Assembly (NCBI GenBank): GCA_965219445.1
Contig: CBDCNQ010000005.1
Location: 512,001-576,000, forward strand
Origin: Longimicrobiales bacterium
GTDB taxonomy: Bacteria > Gemmatimonadota > Gemmatimonadetes > Longimicrobiales > Gaopeijiaceae
DNA length: 64,000 bases
Direction: 5' to 3'
The translations under genes and the position numbers were made by a program. Shown piece after piece: positions 19,610 to 28,206 of this stretch (the first letter of the stretch is position 1; each line of letters starts with the position of its first letter). Under the pieces are notes generated by a model. That model was not told where the DNA came from, did no database searches, and saw only the letters and a program-made list of their open reading frames with translations.

Positions 19610-20953
19610 TCAGCAGCCGACCAACCGCGCATATTCCTTGATCGAGCCGACATCGAAGTTCTGCAGCGCGTCGAACAGCGACGCCGTGTTCCCTTGGCCC
19701 AGAACGGGCTCGACGAGTTGCTCGAACTTCGCCTTGACTTGCCTCCAGTTCATGGGGTTCTGAGGATCACCCGGCGCCACGGATTTGCCGGACTTCAGTG
19801 ACGTGTCATCGGCCAGGCGGACCTCGATCCAGGCGGAACTTCTATCACATGTGTCGTCTGTCAGCAGCTCTGTTCGCTGCACCAGAGCGCGGAGAGTCGG
19901 GTCCAGCACCTTTTCGTCTGAGAAGTCGGCCACGGTTCCTCGATGGCCGGTAAGGCCAAGTGCAGCGCAGTACGCGGCGGAAAATTTTCCTTCGAGGCCG
20001 GTCTCCGGCGCCATCTTACCCGCGATGCACCGTGTCACGGGGCTGATCCAGATCCGGATCCCAGATATTTCTCTCCCCTTCACTTGATTGGATAAGTCGA
20101 GCGCGGATTCAATCACTGGGTGGGTCAGTCTGCAACATGCGTACAGTTTAGGGGCGTTCTGCATCAGCTCCCAGTCTCCGTGGGGATTGAACACCTGAAC
20201 TGGTACGGACCTATCCTGCACCAGCGCGGTTACCAAAGGTCCTGCCGGCTCCAATACGTCGGCGGCGGCTACGAAGCCTTGCGCAGCAAGCTCAGCTGCG
20301 ATTACACCATTCATCGCTGCCTTGCCGGCATGTAGTGGCTTCGCCATGGTGCCGAAAGAGGCAACCAGACCGCCCGTCTGTGTTGCGGCCGCTCCTAGGG
20401 CGTTCCGAATGCCGTCTTCATCTAGGTTGAGTACGATGCCCGCGGCAGCCGCCGACGCAAGACATCCCAGCACTCCGGTCGAATGCAGACCTCGAATGTT
20501 CAGGGCGGGACCGAGGCCATTGCGGCCGAGCCTCGCACCGATCTCGAACCCTCCGATGAACGCAGAGAGGATGTCTCGTTCTTCGGCTCCCGTATGTAGC
20601 CCTAGAGCGAGCGCCACGCTCCACACGGGGTTGCTGAGATGCGCGGCAGAGCTGGCGTGCGTGTCGTCGTAGTCGAGAGAGTGGCCCATTGTTGCGTTCA
20701 CGAGCGCGGCCGCGACGGGAGCTACGCGTCCACCGCATAGGATTTGCGCCTCTCCGCTGGTACTCCAGCCGAGGGCGACCTGGCGGGCGAACTGCGCTGC
20801 TGGCTCCGCGTGCCCTCCGATCGCGACCCCGATGCTATCAGCGAGGCTCCGGCGCGCGACGTCAACAACCTCGGGAGGGAAGCTCATTTCCTTTACCGAA
20901 GCGACAAACCGACTCGCGACTTCGGTGCTCGTGGAACTTGAATTTGATTTCAC
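19610..20953 (-). CDS. MmgE/PrpD family protein
   Basis: NATMGHSLDYDDTH..AHLS, GLHSTG, KPLHAG, KLYACC..TH, KFS, GDPQNPM. GTG 20953 is preferred over the track start at 21136. Confidence 0.9.
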   Translation of the reverse strand: MKSNSSSTSTEVASRFVASVKEMSFPPEVVDVARRSLADSIGVAIGGHAEPAAQFARQVALGWSTSGEAQILCGGRVAPVAAALVNATMGHSLDYDDTHASSAAHLSNPVWSVALALGLHTGAEERDILSAFIGGFEIGARLGRNGLGPALNIRGLHSTGVLGCLASAAAAGIVLNLDEDGIRNALGAAATQTGGLVASFGTMAKPLHAGKAAMNGVIAAELAAQGFVAAADVLEPAGPLVTALVQDRSVPVQVFNPHGDWELMQNAPKLYACCRLTHPVIESALDLSNQVKGREISGIRIWISPVTRCIAGKMAPETGLEGKFSAAYCAALGLTGHRGTVADFSDEKVLDPTLRALVQRTELLTDDTCDRSSAWIEVRLADDTSLKSGKSVAPGDPQNPMNWRQVKAKFEQLVEPVLGQGNTASLFDALQNFDVGSIKEYARLVGC

Positions 20954-21375
20954 TGGTTTTCGGGGGCAGGACGTTTGTGAAGAGGCGAACGCCAGTTGCT
21001 GGCATCTGATAGGACACACGCCGACTGGTCCGCGCACCGATGGGAAACGCTGATCGTTCTGAGAATCGTCAACATTACATAGCTCAAGCGGCGTGCAAGT
21101 CCAGCCGGCGTTCGAGATCGCGAGTTGCCGCCGCAACTTCGCCTCCCATCATATCGAGAACCAATATCTTAGCAATATAGGGAGATGACCAATGTCGCTG
21201 ATAAGCTCAAGACCTTAGTCGAAAGCCACCACGAACAACGCAAAGACTGTGGGCAAATGGCGAATCGATAGCGCGCGCACCGAGTCCCTTGTGCCCCGAT
21301 GTAATCAAGCCTAAGATCCGGCTTACTACAAGGTAGTACTGAAGGTCGAAGGCCGCTGGGAAGGGAGATCGAAGC

Positions 21376-22509
21376 ATGATCCGTATCGTGGATAGCACGC
21401 TTCGGGAGGGCTGTCAGTCGGCCGCGGGTCGCTTCACCATCGAGCAAAGCCAGGAGATCGCGCGGCTCTTGCGAGCCGCCGGGGTCGACATGATCGAGTG
21501 TGGTCACGCGAGCATCGATGCGGAAGAGCTGCGGAGAATTGCCGCAGTGACAGAAGTCGTCGGGAACGTGCCAGTCCTCTCACACGCGCGTGCCTGTCCC
21601 TTGGATGTTGATCGTGCAGCAGAGAGCGGGGCCTCTTGGGTGGGGATTTTTCTCGGCTGCAACAGCCTCACCCGGAAGGCTCGGCTGCCAGGAAGAAGCC
21701 GAAGAGAACTCCTGAGGATGGCGCGGGAGAGCGTGTCTCGGGCACGCCGCCGTGGTCTTCAAATACGCTTTACTGTGGAAGACGCGAGTCGGACACCTCT
21801 TGACCTGATGCTAGATCAGTTTCGGGTAGCACTTGAGTCCGGGGCGGATCGCCTTTGCATTGCGGATACAATCGGCCTGTTGGAGCCGCCATTGACTAGC
21901 AAAGTTGTTTGCGAGTTCCGCGAGAGGTTCCCGGAGGTCCCCTTGGAAGTGCACATGCACGACGACCGTGGGTTAGCATTGGCGAACGTTCTTGCGGCGG
22001 TAGACGCCGGAGCCACATGGGTTTCCACCTCTGTGAACGGTCTGGGCGAACGTGCGGGCATCACTGATCTCGCAGCCCTTGAGCTTAACCTTCACGTCCG
22101 GGGGGACCGACTGCTCACCTGTGGGGAGTCCCTTCAAGAGCTGAGCCGGCGTGTCGGTGCTTACTCGCGGTCCAGGCCGGATTTCCGCCGGCCGGTAGTT
22201 GGTCGGGATGCGTTCACACACGCCAGTCGCCTTCATCGGCTTGCAATGCAACGGGACACTTCAGCATACGAGCTGGTGGACCCCGCGATCGTGGGCAGGT
22301 CTCGCATAATTGAGCTGCCGGAGTCTCGTTCGGAGGAGGCAGTGACGGCGCGGCCTTCAACCAACGGCACGTCTCGGTCGGTGAGTTCGCCACCGCGGGA
22401 ACAGCACTCGAGATTCGGATCGAAGAAGCCTTCTCGCGTAGTCGGAGACGGTGAAGACCGGGCGCGGTCGCCCGGCGATGTGAAGCAAAGGCCGATGCCG
22501 TCCTTTTAA
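21376..22509 (+). CDS. Homocitrate synthase/LeuA-like DRE-TIM acyl-CoA:2-oxoacid condensing enzyme
   Basis: DSTLREG, IADTIG, HMHDD, NGLGERAG; no LeuA regulatory domain. Confidence 0.9.
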   Translation: MIRIVDSTLREGCQSAAGRFTIEQSQEIARLLRAAGVDMIECGHASIDAEELRRIAAVTEVVGNVPVLSHARACPLDVDRAAESGASWVGIFLGCNSLTRKARLPGRSRRELLRMARESVSRARRRGLQIRFTVEDASRTPLDLMLDQFRVALESGADRLCIADTIGLLEPPLTSKVVCEFRERFPEVPLEVHMHDDRGLALANVLAAVDAGATWVSTSVNGLGERAGITDLAALELNLHVRGDRLLTCGESLQELSRRVGAYSRSRPDFRRPVVGRDAFTHASRLHRLAMQRDTSAYELVDPAIVGRSRIIELPESRSEEAVTARPSTNGTSRSVSSPPREQHSRFGSKKPSRVVGDGEDRARSPGDVKQRPMPSF

Positions 22510-22784
22510 GTACCTACCTGTGGATACGCTCCTCGGCTGGAGCAAGAATGACTTGAGCGACGCTGCTCAGACGAGGGGGTGCCGAGCCTGTTCGAGTGGC
22601 CGGAAGAGTAGAGACGGGCTTTGAGACTCCTGGGGAGGGCGATCCGAGGTGTCGGTGCATGGCTCGGAGTTGGGGATAGATTCTTCCGTTCCCAGATCGG
22701 GGATCCTGCTTTGCTTCGTTTAGTCCAGCCAATGAGTCGGAGTAGACGAACGGTGGGTCAGACGCCTGATGATGGGAAGTTGAG

Positions 22785-25700
22785 GTGACAATGACTACAG
22801 GGAAAGTGATCCGGAACGCAGCGACGCCGGAGACTCTCGAGGTGGAGGTACCGGAGAACGGGATCCCGGCGTCGTGTGAGGTGATCAGGCCAGAGATGCT
22901 GCCGCTTGTGGAGTTGGATCAGACGGAGATCGAGGGGATCGTGGCGGGAGTGGAGGGCGGAGCGAGGAACGTGCAGGACATCTATGCGCTTGCTCCGTTG
23001 CAGGAAGGGATCCTGTTCCACCACCTGATGGCGGGGGAGGGGGATCCCTACCTGCTATCGCACCTGATGGGCTTCGACAGTCGAGAGCGGTTGGAAGCGT
23101 ACGTGGGGGCTTTGCAGGCAGTGATCGACCGACACGACATCTTGCGAACGGGGGTGGTGTGGGAAAGGCTCCGGGAGCCGGTACAGGTGGTGTGGCGCAA
23201 GGCTCGGCTAGTGGTAGAGAAGGTTGAGTTTGACGCGGCCGAGGGTGACGTGGCGGAGCAGCTGTGGGAGTGGTTCGATCCGAGGCAGTACAGGATGGAT
23301 GTGGGTCAAGCGCCGCTGATGCGGGCTTATGTGGCCCACGATGAGGTTCGGGGGCGCTGGCTGCTGCTGCTGCTGCGGCATCACCTCATTAGCGACTACA
23401 CGACGCTGGAGGTGCTGCAGGCGGAGATTGAGGCGCACCTTTTGGGTCGTGCGGACGTGCTACCCGTTCCGCTGCTTTTCCGGAACTATGTGGCTCAGGC
23501 TCGATTGGGCGTGAGTGCAGCGGAGCACGAGGTTTTTTTCGGGAAGCTGTTAGGCGACGTGGAGGAGCCGACGGCACCGTATGGTCTGCTGGACGTGCAG
23601 GGCGATGGGGGGGGGATCGAAGAAGCGCGGCTGAAAGTGGACGGGGCGCTGGCGGGTCGGCTGCGCGAGCGAGCGAGGAAGCTGGGAGTGAGTGCTGCGA
23701 GTCTATGTCATGTGGCGTGGGCGCAGGTACTGGCGCGTGTATCGGGCCGCGAGGACGTTGTATACGGCACGGTGTTGTTTGGTCGCATGCAGGGTGGAGA
23801 GGGATCGGACCGAGTGATGGGTCTGTTCATCAACACGCTACCGGTACGTATCGGAGTGGGTGAGGAGGGAGTGGAGGCGAGTGTGCGGCGTACGCACACG
23901 CTGCTGGCTGATCTGCTGCGTCACGAGCACGCGTCGCTGGCACTGGCGCAGCGGTGCAGTGGAGTAGAGGCACCGACGCCGTTGTTCACGGCGCTACTGA
24001 ATTACCGCCACAGCGGGGGTGGGGGGCGAGCCCGATCAGCGGAGGCACGGCGGGGCATCGAGCGGCTCAGGGGCGAGGAGCGCACGAACTATCCGCTGAC
24101 GCTGTCGGTGGACGATCTGGGCGAGGAGTTCGGGCTGACGGTGCAGGTACGGGCTTCGGTGGGGCCGATGCGGGTGTGTGCGTTGATGCATCGGGCGCTG
24201 GAGGTGCTGGTGGGCGCGCTGGAGAGTGCGCCGGATCGTGCGCTGGGGAGCCTGGACGTGCTCCCGGAGTCTGAGCGCAGACAGGTGGTGGAAGAGTGGA
24301 ACGCGACGGAGGTCGCGTTTCCGAGCGATATGTGCGTGCATGAGTTGTTCGAGACTCAGGTTAAACGCACACCCGACGCTGAAGCGGTGCTGTTTGAGGA
24401 CGAGCGTCTGAGTTATGCGGAGCTGAACGCTCGCGCGAATCAGCTGGCTCACTATCTAATAGAGGGGGGAGTGGGTCCGGACGCTCGGGTGGCGATCTGC
24501 GTAGAGCGCTCGATCGAGCTGGTGGTGGGTCTGTTGGGGATCTTGAAGGCGGGCGGCGCGTATGTGCCGCTCGATCCTGAGTACCCGGTCGAGCGGCTGA
24601 GGTACATGCTCGACGACAGTGCTCCGGTGGTGGTATTGACACAAGGGTCACAGGCGGGGCTCTTTGAGGGGCTGAGCGAGAAGGTACCGGTGCTCGAGCT
24701 CGATGCACCGCAGTGGGCGGACCGACCGGATACGAACCCGGATCGTGAGGGGGTGGGGCTGACGTCGGATAATCTGGCGTACGTGATTTACACGTCGGGC
24801 TCCACTGGTCAGCCCAAGGGGGTCATGGTCGAGCACCGAGAGCTGGTGAACTTCATCGACTGGTATCGGCGAGAATTCCGGATCTCGGAGCGCGATGCGG
24901 TCCTGATTGCAACGTCTTACAGCGCGGCCCTGACACAAAAGAACCTGTTCAGTCCGCTGTTCGCAGGCGGACAGGTGCACCTGGCGAGCGAGCCGTTCGA
25001 TCCGCAGGGTATTCTAGCGCATATCGTGGAATGCCGGATCAGCATGATGAATCTGACGTCGTCCGCGTTCCACTCGCTCATCGACGCGAGTCGGGCCGGT
25101 GAGTTTATCGGGGTGCGGCTCGTGGTCCTGAGTGGAGAGGCGACACGGCCGAGGAAGCTGATGGAGCTTGCGGAGCCCCGGCCGGAGCTCGTGAGCGTGT
25201 ACGGGTCGACTGAGGTTTTGGGGGTGGCTTACCACCGCATGTCGCCGGACCTGGAGACATACCTGGATCGGTCAGTTCTGCTGGGCGACCCGATCAGTAA
25301 CGCTCGGATCTACATCGTGGACGGTCGAGGCGAGCCGGTGCCGGTGGGAGTGGTCGGTGAGCTGTACATCGGGGGTGCGGGAGTGGCGCGTTGCTACCAG
25401 AACCGACCGGAACTGACGGCGGAGCGTTTCATCCCGGACTGGTTCAGCGGCGAAGCGCATGCACGACTGTACCGAACGGGAGACCTGGGTCGGTGGCTAC
25501 CGGACGGTACGATCGAGTTCGTGGGCCGCAACGACGATCAGGTGAAGGTGCGGGGCTATCGGATCGAGTTGGGCGAGATCGAGGCACGGCTGGGTGAGCA
25601 TGCTGCGGTACGTGAGGCTGTGGTGCTGGCTCGTGAGGATGCTCCGGGTGACAAGCGACTGGTGGCATACTACGTGGGTGAGCAGGCTGTGGGAGCGGAG

Positions 25701-27563
25701 GTACTACGCGTGCATCTACTGGAGCGCCTGCCGGAGTACATGGTTCCAGCGGCTTATATGCGGCTGGACGTGTTGCCACTGACGGCGAACGGTAAGGTGG
25801 ACCGGAGGGCGCTACCGGCGCCTGAGGGTGATGCGTATGTGAGGCGCGGCTACGAGGCACCGGTGGGCGAGACGGAGGATGCGTTGGTAGAGCTGTGGCA
25901 GGAGGTGTTGGGAGTTGAGAGAGTGGGTCGTTGGGACAACTTCTTCGAGTTGGGCGGGCACTCGCTGTTGGTGGTGACGCTGCTCGAGCGTATGCGGCGA
26001 CGGCGGCTGCATGTGGAGACGCGTGCGCTGTTCACAATGCCGACGCTGGTGGGGTTCGCGGCTGCGGTGGGTGGCGAGACTCTCGAGGTGGAGGTACCGG
26101 AGAACGGGATCCCGGCGTCGTGTGAGGTAGTCAGGCCGGAGATGCTACCGCTTGTGGAGTTGGATCAGACGGAGATCGAGGGGATTGTCGCGGGAGTGGA
26201 GGGCGGAGCCAGGAACGTGCAGGACATCTATGCGCTTGCTCCGTTGCAGGAAGGGATCCTGTTCCACCACCTGATGGAGGGCGAGGGGGATCCCTACCTG
26301 CTATCGCACCTGATGGGCTTCGACAGTCGAGAGCGGTTGGAAGCGTACGTGGGGGCTTTGCAGGCAGTGATCGACCGACACGATATCTTGCGAACGGGGG
26401 TGGTATGGGAAGGGCTACGGGAGCCAGTACAGGTGGTGTGGCGCAAGGCTCGGCTAGTGGTAGAGGAGGCGGAGTTGGATCCGGCCGAGGGTGACGTGGC
26501 GGAGCAGCTGTGGGAGTGGTTCGATCCGAGGCAGTACAGGATGGATGTGGGTCAGGCGCCGCTGATGCGGGCCTACGTGGCTCACGATGAGGTTCAGGGG
26601 CGCTGGCTGCTGCTGCTGCTGCGGCATCACCTCATTAGCGACCACACGACGCTGGAGGTGTTGCAGGCGGAGATTGAGGCGCACCTATTGGGTCGTGCGG
26701 ACGTGCTACCCGTTCCGCTGCCGTTCCGGAACTACGTGGCACAGGCGCAGCTGGGAGTGAGCGCGGCGGAGCACGAGCGGTTCTTCGGGGAGCTGTTGGG
26801 TGACGTGGAGGAGCCGACGGCACCGTTCGGTCTGCTAGACGTGCAGGGCAATGGGACGGGGATCGAGGAAGCGCGGCTCGAGGTGGAGAGGGCACTGGCG
26901 GGTCGGTTGCCGGCGAGCGCGAGGAAGCTGGGGGTGAGCGTAGCGTGCGTGTGTCATGTGGCGTGGGCGCAGGTCCTCGCGCGTGTGTCGGGTCGTGAGG
27001 ATGTGGTGTTTGGCACGGTGCTGGTCGGTCGGATGCAGGGCGGTGAGGGAGCCGACCGAGTGATGGGTCCGTTCATCAACACACTGCCGATGCGGATCCG
27101 GGTAGGTGAGGAGGGAGTGGCGATGAGCGTGCGACGTACACACACGCTGCTGGCGGACCTGCTGCGTCATGAGCATGCGTCGCTGGCGATGGCTCAGAGA
27201 TGCAGTGGAGTGCAGGCACCTACGCCGTTGTTCTCAGCGCTTCTGAACTTCCGACACCATGGGGGTGAGGGTAGGAAGGCCCACTCTCTGGAGGTGCGGC
27301 AGGCGTGGAAGGGCATCGAGAGGCTCAGAGTCGAGGAGCGTACGAACTATCCGCTGACGCTGTCGGTGGATGATCTGGGTGAGAGCTTCCGACTCACGGC
27401 GAAGGCAGAGGGTTCGGTCGGACCGAAGCGCGTGTGCTTGCTGATGCATCGTGCACTGGAGGTGCTGGTGGAGGCGCTGGAGGAGGCGCCGGAGACGGCG
27501 GTGGGGAGCCTGGACGTGCTCCCGGAGCGAGAGCGCACGCAAGTCGTGGTGGAATGGAGCTAG
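22785..27563 (+). CDS. NRPS fragment: dual E/C-A-PCP-dual E/C, truncated by IS630
   Basis: QDIYALAPLQEGILFHHLxxxxGDPY (dual E/C motif) occurs twice; HHLISD; A3/A7/A8/A10 motifs; PCP GGHSLL. It starts in an inter-module linker and ends VVEWS* at an IS630 CTAG. Confidence 0.88.
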   Translation: MTMTTGKVIRNAATPETLEVEVPENGIPASCEVIRPEMLPLVELDQTEIEGIVAGVEGGARNVQDIYALAPLQEGILFHHLMAGEGDPYLLSHLMGFDSRERLEAYVGALQAVIDRHDILRTGVVWERLREPVQVVWRKARLVVEKVEFDAAEGDVAEQLWEWFDPRQYRMDVGQAPLMRAYVAHDEVRGRWLLLLLRHHLISDYTTLEVLQAEIEAHLLGRADVLPVPLLFRNYVAQARLGVSAAEHEVFFGKLLGDVEEPTAPYGLLDVQGDGGGIEEARLKVDGALAGRLRERARKLGVSAASLCHVAWAQVLARVSGREDVVYGTVLFGRMQGGEGSDRVMGLFINTLPVRIGVGEEGVEASVRRTHTLLADLLRHEHASLALAQRCSGVEAPTPLFTALLNYRHSGGGGRARSAEARRGIERLRGEERTNYPLTLSVDDLGEEFGLTVQVRASVGPMRVCALMHRALEVLVGALESAPDRALGSLDVLPESERRQVVEEWNATEVAFPSDMCVHELFETQVKRTPDAEAVLFEDERLSYAELNARANQLAHYLIEGGVGPDARVAICVERSIELVVGLLGILKAGGAYVPLDPEYPVERLRYMLDDSAPVVVLTQGSQAGLFEGLSEKVPVLELDAPQWADRPDTNPDREGVGLTSDNLAYVIYTSGSTGQPKGVMVEHRELVNFIDWYRREFRISERDAVLIATSYSAALTQKNLFSPLFAGGQVHLASEPFDPQGILAHIVECRISMMNLTSSAFHSLIDASRAGEFIGVRLVVLSGEATRPRKLMELAEPRPELVSVYGSTEVLGVAYHRMSPDLETYLDRSVLLGDPISNARIYIVDGRGEPVPVGVVGELYIGGAGVARCYQNRPELTAERFIPDWFSGEAHARLYRTGDLGRWLPDGTIEFVGRNDDQVKVRGYRIELGEIEARLGEHAAVREAVVLAREDAPGDKRLVAYYVGEQAVGAEVLRVHLLERLPEYMVPAAYMRLDVLPLTANGKVDRRALPAPEGDAYVRRGYEAPVGETEDALVELWQEVLGVERVGRWDNFFELGGHSLLVVTLLERMRRRRLHVETRALFTMPTLVGFAAAVGGETLEVEVPENGIPASCEVVRPEMLPLVELDQTEIEGIVAGVEGGARNVQDIYALAPLQEGILFHHLMEGEGDPYLLSHLMGFDSRERLEAYVGALQAVIDRHDILRTGVVWEGLREPVQVVWRKARLVVEEAELDPAEGDVAEQLWEWFDPRQYRMDVGQAPLMRAYVAHDEVQGRWLLLLLRHHLISDHTTLEVLQAEIEAHLLGRADVLPVPLPFRNYVAQAQLGVSAAEHERFFGELLGDVEEPTAPFGLLDVQGNGTGIEEARLEVERALAGRLPASARKLGVSVACVCHVAWAQVLARVSGREDVVFGTVLVGRMQGGEGADRVMGPFINTLPMRIRVGEEGVAMSVRRTHTLLADLLRHEHASLAMAQRCSGVQAPTPLFSALLNFRHHGGEGRKAHSLEVRQAWKGIERLRVEERTNYPLTLSVDDLGESFRLTAKAEGSVGPKRVCLLMHRALEVLVEALEEAPETAVGSLDVLPERERTQVVVEWS

Positions 27564-28110
27564 TGTGGTGTCCCAGAGATAGCGGTAGACAATCTCTGGA
27601 TCTTCTGGAGAATGGAGTCAGCGGTGGCGGTCCACATGAAGGGACGGGCTTGGGAGTTATTGGTGTCGGTAAATTATCGGATCCTGTCGTTGGGCTCGCG
27701 GATGGAGGAGAACGATCCGCGCCCGATGGCTTTATGGGTAATGACGTTAAACCAGATCTCGACCTGGTTGATCCAGGAGGAGTAGGTGGGGGTGAAGTGG
27801 ACGTGATAACGGGGCCGAGCAGCGAGCCAGCGCTTGACTTTGACGTGTTTATGGGTGCTGTAATTGTCCACGACGAGGTGGACATCGAGGTCAGGGGGCA
27901 CGTTGGCGTCGACGTGCTTGAGAAAGCTAAAAAACTCCTGATGACGATGCCGTGGCGTGCACTGGGCCGGGATCTGGCCCGTGGCCACGTCGAGGCCGGC
28001 GAAGAGAGTGGTCGTGCCGTGACGGATGTAGCCATGCGTGACGCCTTTGACGCAACGCCTGGGTCTGGCTCTTCTCGTCAACCCACAGCACCATCGCCTT
28101 ATCGGGTGGG
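27560..28110 (-). mobile_element. IS630-family remnant (3' part)
   Basis: VDEKSQ, YIRHGTTTLFA, DNYSTHK, FTPTYSSWINQVE; terminus reads ISGTPH* ending in CTAG. Confidence 0.88.
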
Positions 28111-28206
28111 TTGACCCGTTGCCCGGTAGAGAGGACCCAAGTCAGGAAGGCCCCTTCCTTCCCCTTGAGTCCAGAGGCGTCCCTGAGCCGTCCGAGGTTC
28201 CGACGG

